IMG/VR virus record: IMGVR_UViG_3300036853_000250
Span: 1 to 58,267 of that record
DNA: 58,267 nt
From: a virus
Reading direction: 5' to 3' (one strand)
Made by a program: the position numbers and the translations under genes. Positions 33,460 to 41,867 of the stretch are shown in pieces; positions within the stretch are counted from its first letter, which is position 1; every line of letters starts with the position of its first letter. The notes under the pieces were generated by a model. It was given only the letters and a program-made list of their open reading frames with translations, was not told where the DNA came from and made no database searches.

Positions 33460-34530
33460 ATGGCTGATGTGAAATCAAGCTGGAATCTCGGCGACTGGCT
33501 GGGCAATGTGCACAACTGGTTTGTCGGCGGTGATGCGTCCTCCGCGCTCCCCAAGGGACCACAGCAGTACAACGCCGTCACCGGTCAGCTCGGTCAGATC
33601 GCGGCCGGCGCCCCCAATCGCCAGGCACCACAGACGCAGGCGTATCAACTCGACCCTGCCGCGCAGCTCGCGGGCGGCCAGATGGACCAGTCGCGTGGCG
33701 GTGCAATGGGCGTCGCGAACAATCTCGGGGCCATCGCATCGGGTCAGCAGGCCGGCGCCGGCGAGCTCGCGGTCAACCGTCAGGTGAGTCAGGCGACTGC
33801 CGCGCAGGCCGCGGCGGCGCACATGGCTCGGGGCGCCAACGCCGCCCTGGCGTATCGCTCCGCCGCGCGGAACACCGCCGACATCGGTATGGCCGGTGCA
33901 GGGCAGGCGGCGCAGGCGCAGATGGCCGATCAGCAAGCAGCGCTTGGCCAGCAGGGACAACTCTACGGCGCGATGTACGGGCAGGACGCCAACGTCGCCG
34001 CGCAGAATGCGCAGCTGCAGCAACAAGCGATGTTGCAACAGGGGACGTTCGGCCAGCAGGCCGCGCTCGCGAATCAGCAAGCGCAGCTTGCGCAGACCTC
34101 GCTCAATGACCAGGCGCGTATCCAAGCGCTCGGGCAGCAATTGGGGTGGGACCAAGCGACGATCGACGCGCAGCTGAAGGGCGCCGAAGTCAAGTCGGCG
34201 GACAAGGGCATCCTGGCCGGAATCTTCAAGGGCATCTCCGACGAGCGGCTCAAGACGGACATCGCCGACGGCGGCAAGGACGCCGACGAACTGATGTCCT
34301 CGCTCGGCGGCGCGAAGAAGTACCGCTATCGCGACGAGGAGCGCTGGGGCCGCGGCATGCGGCTCGGCTTCATGGCGCAGGACCTCGAGAAATCCAAAAT
34401 GGGTCGCGCCGTGATGGTCAAGGTCGACGACAAGCTGGGTTTCGACATCGGTAAGGCGGCATCGGCGGCGCTCGCCAGTGTGGCTCGACTCCATGAGCGG
34501 CTCTCTGCGGTGGAGGGCAAGTCGAAGTAA
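33460..34530 (+). CDS. Gln/Ala-rich coiled-coil fibre/needle-like protein with C-terminal S74 intramolecular-chaperone domain
   Basis: GISDERLKTDI ... YRYRDEE ... LGFMAQDLEK ... RLHERLSAVE matches the endosialidase-chaperone (Peptidase_S74) pattern. Confidence 0.7.
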   Translation: MADVKSSWNLGDWLGNVHNWFVGGDASSALPKGPQQYNAVTGQLGQIAAGAPNRQAPQTQAYQLDPAAQLAGGQMDQSRGGAMGVANNLGAIASGQQAGAGELAVNRQVSQATAAQAAAAHMARGANAALAYRSAARNTADIGMAGAGQAAQAQMADQQAALGQQGQLYGAMYGQDANVAAQNAQLQQQAMLQQGTFGQQAALANQQAQLAQTSLNDQARIQALGQQLGWDQATIDAQLKGAEVKSADKGILAGIFKGISDERLKTDIADGGKDADELMSSLGGAKKYRYRDEERWGRGMRLGFMAQDLEKSKMGRAVMVKVDDKLGFDIGKAASAALASVARLHERLSAVEGKSK

Positions 34531-37094
34531 TGGCCCTGTTCGGCACAGACATGGTCAACGTGCAGACGCCCGATGGGCGACGGCTGACGTTGCCCGCGCA
34601 GCTCGCGCAGCAGTTCCCCGGGCTGCAGCCGGTGGCCCCGCTGCAGCAGAGCCTGGGGCCGTCGCTTGGCGGCGCCGCGCCCGGCCCGCCGCCGGCCCCA
34701 GTGCCGGAGGTTGCCGCGCCCGCGCCGCCGCCGGGCCCCGTGACCGCGCCGAGCCAGTCGGCGCCGACCGGCCCCACGCCCGCGCCGCCTCGCGGGCCGG
34801 TGACGTCGCCTGCGCAGGTGCCCGAGCCGGGACCCGTGAACACGCCGAAGCCTCCCACCGATGCCGAGCTGGCCAAGCGCGGCGTGGCCGGTGGACTCGC
34901 CGCGGAGAACGCCGGGTACGACCAGCAGGCCGCGGCAGTCCGCACTGGCGCCATGGTAGACGCCGATGCTGCGACGCAGATCGGACAAGCGATGGCCGCG
35001 CGCGACGCGCAGGCACAGGCCGAGCTCGAGAAGCGCGCGAAGGTCGCCGAGCAACAGCAGGCGCAGCTTGACAGGGCGATGCAAGAGCGCCAGATGGCGG
35101 CGAAGGCGCTCGCTGACAAGAAGATCGACCGGTCCGCGGACCATCCTGTTCTGTCGATGATCAGCATCGTTCTCGGTGCGATCGGAACCGCCATGGTCGA
35201 CCGCGACGCAGCGATCACGGCCGCGATCGGCGGTCGGGCGGCACCGCAGTCGACCGGCGAGAACCCGGCCCTCAGGGCGTTCTACGCGTCCATCGACCGC
35301 AAGGTCGCCGCGCAGATGGCCGACATCGAGAAGGGCCGCGGCGACCTCGCCGAGACCGACAAGACGATCGCCATGATGCGCGCGAACGGTGCCGACCGTT
35401 TACAGACGATGGACGTGCTCCGCGATGCGGCGCTGCAACAGGCCCAGCGCGGCATCGAAACGCTCAAGACAAAGCTCGGCGCGCCACGTGCGCAGGCGAA
35501 CGCGGACATGTTGCTCGCTGACATCCAGCAGAAGCGAGCTGCGTCGGAAAACCAGGCCGCGTCGACAGCGTATCAGCGCATCCAGGCCGAGCAGGCTCGC
35601 AAGGACCAGCTGCAGATGCATGCGCAGAGCGTGGGCGTGCAGCTCCGCGGGCAGAACCTCGAGCAGGGCCGCTGGCAACAGGACTTCGCTGAGAAGAAGC
35701 GGCAGTTTGACATCAAGGAAGCGAACGATCTTGAGGCGGTCAGGCTCGCGCACCCCGGCAAGACGGCCGCCGCGGCTGCAGCTGCGCTCAAAGACAACGA
35801 GGAGCGCGGCATCGGAGACCCGGCCACCGGAAGCTATCTACTTCAGCCCGAGGGCGCGAAGGTCGCGAAGGAAGCCGAGGGCCATCAGGCCACCGCCGAG
35901 CAGTTCCGCGCCGCCGCTGACAGGGAGCAGGATCCAGGTAGGCGTTCGGCACTCGCGGCCCGAGCTGATGCCGAGGCGCAAAAGGCGGCGGAGCTGCGCA
36001 TCGAGGCATCAACCACCGGCACATGGCGCGTTGGCAAGGACGAGCGCAAGGAGGTTTCCTCGCTCGCCTCGACGGCGCAGACCATCGCGAGCACGGCCGA
36101 CGAGATCAAGCTCCTGCGCCAGAAGTACGGCAACGAGTTCACCTCGTCGGCAGCCAAGGCCGAGATGCAGGAAAAGAGCACAGCCCTGCTCATGTATCTG
36201 AAGAACGCGTGGAAACTCGGCGTGCTCAGTGGCAGCGATGCCGAGTACATCGAATCGGCGACTGGCGGCGATCCGTCGAAGCTGACCGCGGCGGACGTCT
36301 CGTCGCTGTTCGGTTCGCCCGACAAAGCGGCTCGACTCGACTCGCTCGTCAGTGGCGTCGAGCAGATGACGCGAAACGAGCTACGCGGCAAAGGCTTCCG
36401 CGGCGAGTTCAAGATCCGTCGCGACGAAGCGGCCAATCTGACCCCCGAAGGCCAGGCCGCCGCCGACGCGCTCGCGCAGCCGACCCCCGGCGAAGAGATC
36501 CAGGGCGCCGGCCGCACCGGCAAGGGTGCGCTCGATACCGTAGGCACGGCGGCGGACAGCTACCTCAACCCGCAGAACACGTGGGCGGCGTTGTCCGGCA
36601 ACCCGTCGGATCCGAAGCGCCGCCGCGAGATCAACGCCGAGCAGAGGGCCACCGGTCGCGGCGACGTCTTCGACATCCCCGGCCTCAATGACACGCAAGC
36701 CAAGGCCGTCGAGGCGAACATCCTCGCGTACAAACAGAACGTCGGCGCGACCGATGAGGCGTCGCGCACGCGCGCGAAGAAAGCGGCTGACACGCTGATC
36801 GGTCTTGCGTCCTCGGATCGGCAGTCGCTGTCCGGCCCCGTGCTCGACGCGCTCGGCGAACATGCACCGGAGCTGCAGAAGCAGGCGTTCGCCCGGCTAC
36901 CCAAGCCACTCGCCACGGCGCGCTCCGGTCGAGAGCAGACGGTTCTCGAGAACACGTCGGTCGGCATCCTTAAGCAGAACGCGCTCGGCGGCGACGAGGC
37001 GTCTAAGGCTGAACTGGGGCGGCGCGCAATCAGTGGCGACAAGGATGCTGTCCGAGCTGTCGCGGATCTGATCAACGCCAGGAAGGTGCGCTGA
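34530..37094 (+). CDS. Internal virion/ejection protein candidate (854 aa) with Pro-rich N-region and one hydrophobic segment
   Basis: Position after the nozzle. Has PPAPVPEVAAPAPPPGPVTAP and VLSMISIVLGAIGTAMV; the rest is long and helical. Confidence 0.55.
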   Translation: MALFGTDMVNVQTPDGRRLTLPAQLAQQFPGLQPVAPLQQSLGPSLGGAAPGPPPAPVPEVAAPAPPPGPVTAPSQSAPTGPTPAPPRGPVTSPAQVPEPGPVNTPKPPTDAELAKRGVAGGLAAENAGYDQQAAAVRTGAMVDADAATQIGQAMAARDAQAQAELEKRAKVAEQQQAQLDRAMQERQMAAKALADKKIDRSADHPVLSMISIVLGAIGTAMVDRDAAITAAIGGRAAPQSTGENPALRAFYASIDRKVAAQMADIEKGRGDLAETDKTIAMMRANGADRLQTMDVLRDAALQQAQRGIETLKTKLGAPRAQANADMLLADIQQKRAASENQAASTAYQRIQAEQARKDQLQMHAQSVGVQLRGQNLEQGRWQQDFAEKKRQFDIKEANDLEAVRLAHPGKTAAAAAAALKDNEERGIGDPATGSYLLQPEGAKVAKEAEGHQATAEQFRAAADREQDPGRRSALAARADAEAQKAAELRIEASTTGTWRVGKDERKEVSSLASTAQTIASTADEIKLLRQKYGNEFTSSAAKAEMQEKSTALLMYLKNAWKLGVLSGSDAEYIESATGGDPSKLTAADVSSLFGSPDKAARLDSLVSGVEQMTRNELRGKGFRGEFKIRRDEAANLTPEGQAAADALAQPTPGEEIQGAGRTGKGALDTVGTAADSYLNPQNTWAALSGNPSDPKRRREINAEQRATGRGDVFDIPGLNDTQAKAVEANILAYKQNVGATDEASRTRAKKAADTLIGLASSDRQSLSGPVLDALGEHAPELQKQAFARLPKPLATARSGREQTVLENTSVGILKQNALGGDEASKAELGRRAISGDKDAVRAVADLINARKVR

Positions 37095-40000
37095 TGCCGG
37101 TCCTGATGCGCAACAAGGACGGCCAGGCCATCGAGGTCGCCGACGAGGACGTCAAGTTCTACGCCGATCGCGGCTACGAGCCCGAGACCACATTCGGCGC
37201 CGTGACGCGCGCCGCGACACCGGACGACGGCGGTGCGCTCGGTACCGCGAACGCGGGCGCACGCGGCTTCTGGTCGGGGCTGACACTCGGCGCGTCGGAC
37301 GTCGTCTCGTCGGCGCTGTCGACCGACCTCGAGCGCGAACAACTGCGAGCAGAGCGGACCGCGCACCCGATCGCCGCCGGTGTCGGCGAGATCGCCGGTC
37401 TTGTCGCCCCGGCGCTCGTCAGCGGCGGTGCGTCACTGCCCGAGTCCACGGCCAGCCTCGGAGCGCGGGCGCTCGAAGCAACCCCCGCCGGCTACCTCAG
37501 TCGCTTCGCGGCCGGTGGCGCCGAAGCCGGGCGCGCGATTGGCGGGCTCGAGGGCGCCGCCAAGGTCGCGGCGTACTCGGGCATCGAGGGCGCCGGTCAG
37601 GCCGCCGGCTCGTACATCTCCGACGTCGCGCTCGGCGACCGCGAACTGACCGCGGAGGGGCTCGCGGGCGCGCTCGGCCACGGCTTCGAGTTCGGCGCCG
37701 CCGCGGGCGCGGTGACGCATGGCATCGAGCGCGGCACGATCGCGGCGCGCCGGTTGTTCGCCCGGACTGCCGAGGGCGGCACGGGCGCGGCGCTGACCGC
37801 CGAGCAGGAGCTGGCGAGGTCGACGCAGGCCACGCTCGAGGCGCAGGAAGCGGCGGCGGAGGCGGCGCGCGCGCAGTTATCGACGGCGCAGCAGGCGCGC
37901 GAGGCGGCGGAGCTGGCGACCCAGAAGGCGCGGGCCGATCTGCTCGAGGTCAGGAACAGCCTGCAGGAGACCGCGGATACCGTGCAGCGCGGGATCCCGG
38001 AGCACGATGCGCTCGAGGCGCATCTACGCGAGATCCGCGCCCCGGCTATTACGCAAACGGTTCCAACTGACGAGTTGCTTGCGCATGGTGTCTTCAACGA
38101 TACGGCGTCCAAGTGGTCGTCGGTGTCGACGGAGCTGAATGACAAGACCTTGCCGACGGTGCTGGCGATCTCACCGAGCGGCAAGGTCGTCGTGCGGGCG
38201 AACCCACAGGCGCTCAAGGCAGCGGCCGAGCACGGCCAGCCTGCACGCGTGCACTGGACCGTGATGTCCGGCGAGCCGCACCCGCTCGCGGAGGCCATCT
38301 CGACGTCGGGACTCGAGGCCGAGCGCAAGGCGACGCAGTTGCTCGAAGAGACCAAGGCGAAGATCGCCGCGGGGCAGATACCCGGCGAGGTCGGTCCGTT
38401 CACGCCTGAGGGCCTCGACCTCGCCGCAAAGCGCGAGATCGCTCGGCAGGCACGCAAGGAGCCTGACCTCGTCGAGGCCCTCAAGGAATATGACGCGGCC
38501 AAGGCCGAGATGGAGGCGGTCAAGCGCCAAGTCGAAGCCGCTCCGCGTGCGCCAAGGGCTGCAAGGGTGCAGGTTGAGCCGCCAAAGACTGCAGAGATAC
38601 CCAGCTACACGACGCTGCGGAAAGCAAAGGTGGACTACATCGAGTCCACGGTTCCAGCTCGCGACATCGCCGAGCGGGGTTACTACGAGCCGCCAGGCGG
38701 GCATCTCGACGCCACACGCACATCGAACGCTCGCAAGGCGATTGCCGAGGGTCAGCGTGAGCCGATCAGCCTCGTCGTATCCGAGAGTGGCAAGATCCAG
38801 GTCGAAGGCGGCCGACATCGCCTGCAGGCCGCCATCGAGGCCGACGCGCCAATCAAGGTGAAGTGGAGCTATGGCTACGAGCCCTCCAAGGAAATGGTGG
38901 CCCGTGGCGCGGCTGCGAAGTCCGGTTCGCTCGAGGTCAAGCGTGTTGGTCGGCCCAGCGAGGGGAAATTTGAAGTACGCAATCCAGACGGGACTGTGAC
39001 TCAGCTCGATCGGAACAGTGCGCGAGAGCTGGCAGAGAGTCAGATGCCGCCGGGATTCACGATCGGGCCACGGATGGAAACGCACCGTGACTTCTCGATC
39101 TTGAGAGGGGTCCCAAAGACTGCCGACGAGATCGTCGAGAATAGCACCTACGTCGTAAAGCCCAGCGAACTGGCACATCGTGGCGTCATCGGCAACGAGA
39201 TACACCCAGAGCATTTATCGAGCATGATCAAGGCTCGAGCTGGAGAGGTAAGGCTCGAGCCGATTGATATTCGCGTCACCCAAGACGGCAGGATGTACGT
39301 TGAGGACGGCAACCACAGACTGCAGGTCGCTGCGCGCACGGATGCTCCGGTAGCGGTAAATTTTAGAGCCGCAGGGGACGGCTACAAGCCACAGCAGAGC
39401 AGTCGAGACATTACCGGTCGACTGCTCGCAGATTTGCCCGCCGGCAGGGGGCGCCGCGCCGCACTGGACCCGCTCGCCGGCTTCGCGCAGGACGTCCACG
39501 ACGCGATCGCGCGGATCGGCGATGGCCCGGCGCAGCGGTACGGCCGCGAAGGCGTTTTCATCTCGGCGATCCACGACGAGATGAGGCAGGCCGGCTACCG
39601 CGGCTCGTTGGCTGACTTCAAGCGCGAGCTGATCAAGGCGAACCGCGAGCAGCTGTTGAACCTGAACCGCGCCGATCTTGTGGATGCGATGCCGGGTCAC
39701 GCGGTCGAGGCCAGCGAGATCGCCGACATGGGCTCCACGTTCCATTTCGTCGAGGACCAGGGCAGGGGGCGCCGCGCCGCAGCGGCTGCGCCACAGCAAT
39801 CCCCGCTCGAGCGCCAGCTCGCGGCGATGAAGACGCAGCTCGATTCCGGCGCCGACATTGGCACGCTGAGCCGCACGCGTACCGCATCGCCGCGGTCGCC
39901 GGAGCAGCTCGAGACCGCCTATGAGGAAGCGATTCAGCGCGCTGACGCGGCCAAGGATGTCGGCGAGAAGCAGATGCATCTTCGCGAGGCCGCGGCACTC

Positions 40001-41362
40001 GAGGAGCAACTCAAGCAGACGCCGCGCCGGTCCGTCGTCGAGGACATCGGCGACATGGCCCCGGTGATGACCCGCTACGAACGTGCCGCGGCGCGCGTCA
40101 CCGAGCTTGCTGGCGGCGCTGCGCCGGAGGCCGCGCGCGCCCATGCCGTCGCGTTCCGCGAGGCCGAGGCCGAGGCCGAGCGCAAAATGATGGATCGGAC
40201 GGCGAGAGCGATCGACGACGCGCAAAACCCGTTGATCAGCCCCGAGGGAAAGCTCGCCAAAGCCCGCGCCGGCAAGGCGGCGGCCGACATCGAGCTCGCC
40301 AAGGCTCGCGTCGCCGAGACCGAAGCATCGCTTGGCGCGCGGGCCGCAGCGGACACCGCCAAGTTTGCACGCGAGGCGTTCGAGGCGGCGCAACCGAAAC
40401 CGCCCGAGCCGGGACTGTTCGGTCAGCTGGCCGGCATGCCGGAGGCCCACGCCATTCCGGTAATCGGCCCGATGCTCAACCGCTACGCGCAGGGCAAGAT
40501 CATGGTCGAGTCGGCCAAGCGCTTCGTTGGCCGCGTGCCGGCGACCGCGACTGGCAAGGCTGCGGCGCTCGCTGCGCGAGTGCGCGACAAGATCGCCAGC
40601 GCCGTCGATCGGTCGCTCGGCCTGATCGAGCGGGCCGCACCCGACGCGCGCCGGCCCGCGGTTGCCGTCCTGGGCGTGCTCGAGCGGCGCGCGTTCGACG
40701 ATGGCGAGCCCGGCGCGCCCAAGGGCGCGAGCGCCACCAAGCTCGCGGCGGTCCGGATCCGCGAGGTCGCCGCCGCAGCCACGAATCCTGATCGGGTGAT
40801 CGCGCAGGTCCGCGGCGAGATGCGCGACGTCACCGATCCGGACCTGATCGCCGCGGCCGAGAAGCACCGCGTGGCGATGTATCAGCACCTCAACGACAAT
40901 GCCCCCAAGGGGCCGCCACCGAACCCGTACACGAAGCGCGAGTGGGAGCCATCGCCCGCGGAGGCGCTGCGGTTCGCGCGCCGGCTCGAGGTCGCCAACG
41001 ACCCCGTGGCTGCGTTCGAGGCGCTGCATCAGCAGTGCCTGACCACGGAGGCGGCCGAAACGCTGCGCGCGGTCTGGCCGAAACTGTTTGGCGAGGCGCA
41101 ACAGCGGCTGGTCTCGAGGGCGCAGGACATCAAGAAACCCGTCGCCTACGACCAGTTGCTCCGCAACTCGCTCCTGTTCGACGTGCCGCTGCACCCGTCA
41201 CTCGAGCCGGACAACGCGGTGGTGCTGCGCTCGGCGTTCGCGCCGATGCCACCGACGCCCGGCACGGGTGCTCCTCAGCCGCCGGTCCCGTCGATCTCCG
41301 GCGGCACCAACCTGACCGCTCTCTACCAGCCGGGCCCAGCCCCGCGCGCATCGATGAGGTGA
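37094..41362 (+). CDS. Giant internal virion/ejection protein (1422 aa) carrying three tandem ParB/sulfiredoxin-like modules
   Basis: Occupies the slot of the T7 gp16-class protein. Carries the motifs KIQVEGGRHRLQAAIEADAPIKV and RMYVEDGNHRLQVAARTDAPVAV. Confidence 0.7.
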   Translation: MPVLMRNKDGQAIEVADEDVKFYADRGYEPETTFGAVTRAATPDDGGALGTANAGARGFWSGLTLGASDVVSSALSTDLEREQLRAERTAHPIAAGVGEIAGLVAPALVSGGASLPESTASLGARALEATPAGYLSRFAAGGAEAGRAIGGLEGAAKVAAYSGIEGAGQAAGSYISDVALGDRELTAEGLAGALGHGFEFGAAAGAVTHGIERGTIAARRLFARTAEGGTGAALTAEQELARSTQATLEAQEAAAEAARAQLSTAQQAREAAELATQKARADLLEVRNSLQETADTVQRGIPEHDALEAHLREIRAPAITQTVPTDELLAHGVFNDTASKWSSVSTELNDKTLPTVLAISPSGKVVVRANPQALKAAAEHGQPARVHWTVMSGEPHPLAEAISTSGLEAERKATQLLEETKAKIAAGQIPGEVGPFTPEGLDLAAKREIARQARKEPDLVEALKEYDAAKAEMEAVKRQVEAAPRAPRAARVQVEPPKTAEIPSYTTLRKAKVDYIESTVPARDIAERGYYEPPGGHLDATRTSNARKAIAEGQREPISLVVSESGKIQVEGGRHRLQAAIEADAPIKVKWSYGYEPSKEMVARGAAAKSGSLEVKRVGRPSEGKFEVRNPDGTVTQLDRNSARELAESQMPPGFTIGPRMETHRDFSILRGVPKTADEIVENSTYVVKPSELAHRGVIGNEIHPEHLSSMIKARAGEVRLEPIDIRVTQDGRMYVEDGNHRLQVAARTDAPVAVNFRAAGDGYKPQQSSRDITGRLLADLPAGRGRRAALDPLAGFAQDVHDAIARIGDGPAQRYGREGVFISAIHDEMRQAGYRGSLADFKRELIKANREQLLNLNRADLVDAMPGHAVEASEIADMGSTFHFVEDQGRGRRAAAAAPQQSPLERQLAAMKTQLDSGADIGTLSRTRTASPRSPEQLETAYEEAIQRADAAKDVGEKQMHLREAAALEEQLKQTPRRSVVEDIGDMAPVMTRYERAAARVTELAGGAAPEAARAHAVAFREAEAEAERKMMDRTARAIDDAQNPLISPEGKLAKARAGKAAADIELAKARVAETEASLGARAAADTAKFAREAFEAAQPKPPEPGLFGQLAGMPEAHAIPVIGPMLNRYAQGKIMVESAKRFVGRVPATATGKAAALAARVRDKIASAVDRSLGLIERAAPDARRPAVAVLGVLERRAFDDGEPGAPKGASATKLAAVRIREVAAAATNPDRVIAQVRGEMRDVTDPDLIAAAEKHRVAMYQHLNDNAPKGPPPNPYTKREWEPSPAEALRFARRLEVANDPVAAFEALHQQCLTTEAAETLRAVWPKLFGEAQQRLVSRAQDIKKPVAYDQLLRNSLLFDVPLHPSLEPDNAVVLRSAFAPMPPTPGTGAPQPPVPSISGGTNLTALYQPGPAPRASMR
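39443..39463. repeat. 21-bp direct repeat GGCAGGGGGCGCCGCGCCGCA, copy 1 (inside 37094..41362)
   Basis: Perfect match to 39761..39781; offset 318 nt, which is 106 codons. Confidence 0.95.
39761..39781. repeat. 21-bp direct repeat, copy 2
   Basis: Perfect match to 39443..39463. Confidence 0.95.
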
Positions 41363-41366
41363 TCCC

Positions 41367-41867
41367 ATGTCCAGAATGCCACGCGCCGGTGGGCGCTACG
41401 TCGCTCCAATCAAGCAGTCCGACGGCACCTCGCCAGTCGAGGAAGGTCACGGCAAATACACGCTCGCAGCCAATACGACGTACGTCTATCCGCTCGGCGG
41501 CGCAGATGCGCCGTTTCAGAGCGTACAGCTCACGGGGTACACGTCGGCAGCCGTCATTACGACCGCGACTATCAGGGACTGCAATCACCACGGCGGCATG
41601 AACTCGGGCCTACCGGCCACCCAGGGCGACGTCCCCGATACCAGCACCACCGTAGGCGAGTGGATCGCTGAGGATCCGACCACGGCGTTCGTCGGCGTCG
41701 ACGGCACTGGCTGGTCTGTGACAAACGGGGTTGTGGCGGCGGCCGGTAGCGGCGTCGGTGGCGCCCTGTTCCACGTCGCAGAGACGGGCGCGGCCCGGAC
41801 GCTGCTCGAGGTCGCGGTTGGAGCTACCGGCGGCGTGTTTCGGGCCTCGGCTCACGGCAAGGACTGA
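41367..41867 (+). CDS. virion-module protein (166 aa)
   Basis: ORF track. Confidence 0.5.
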   Translation: MSRMPRAGGRYVAPIKQSDGTSPVEEGHGKYTLAANTTYVYPLGGADAPFQSVQLTGYTSAAVITTATIRDCNHHGGMNSGLPATQGDVPDTSTTVGEWIAEDPTTAFVGVDGTGWSVTNGVVAAAGSGVGGALFHVAETGAARTLLEVAVGATGGVFRASAHGKD

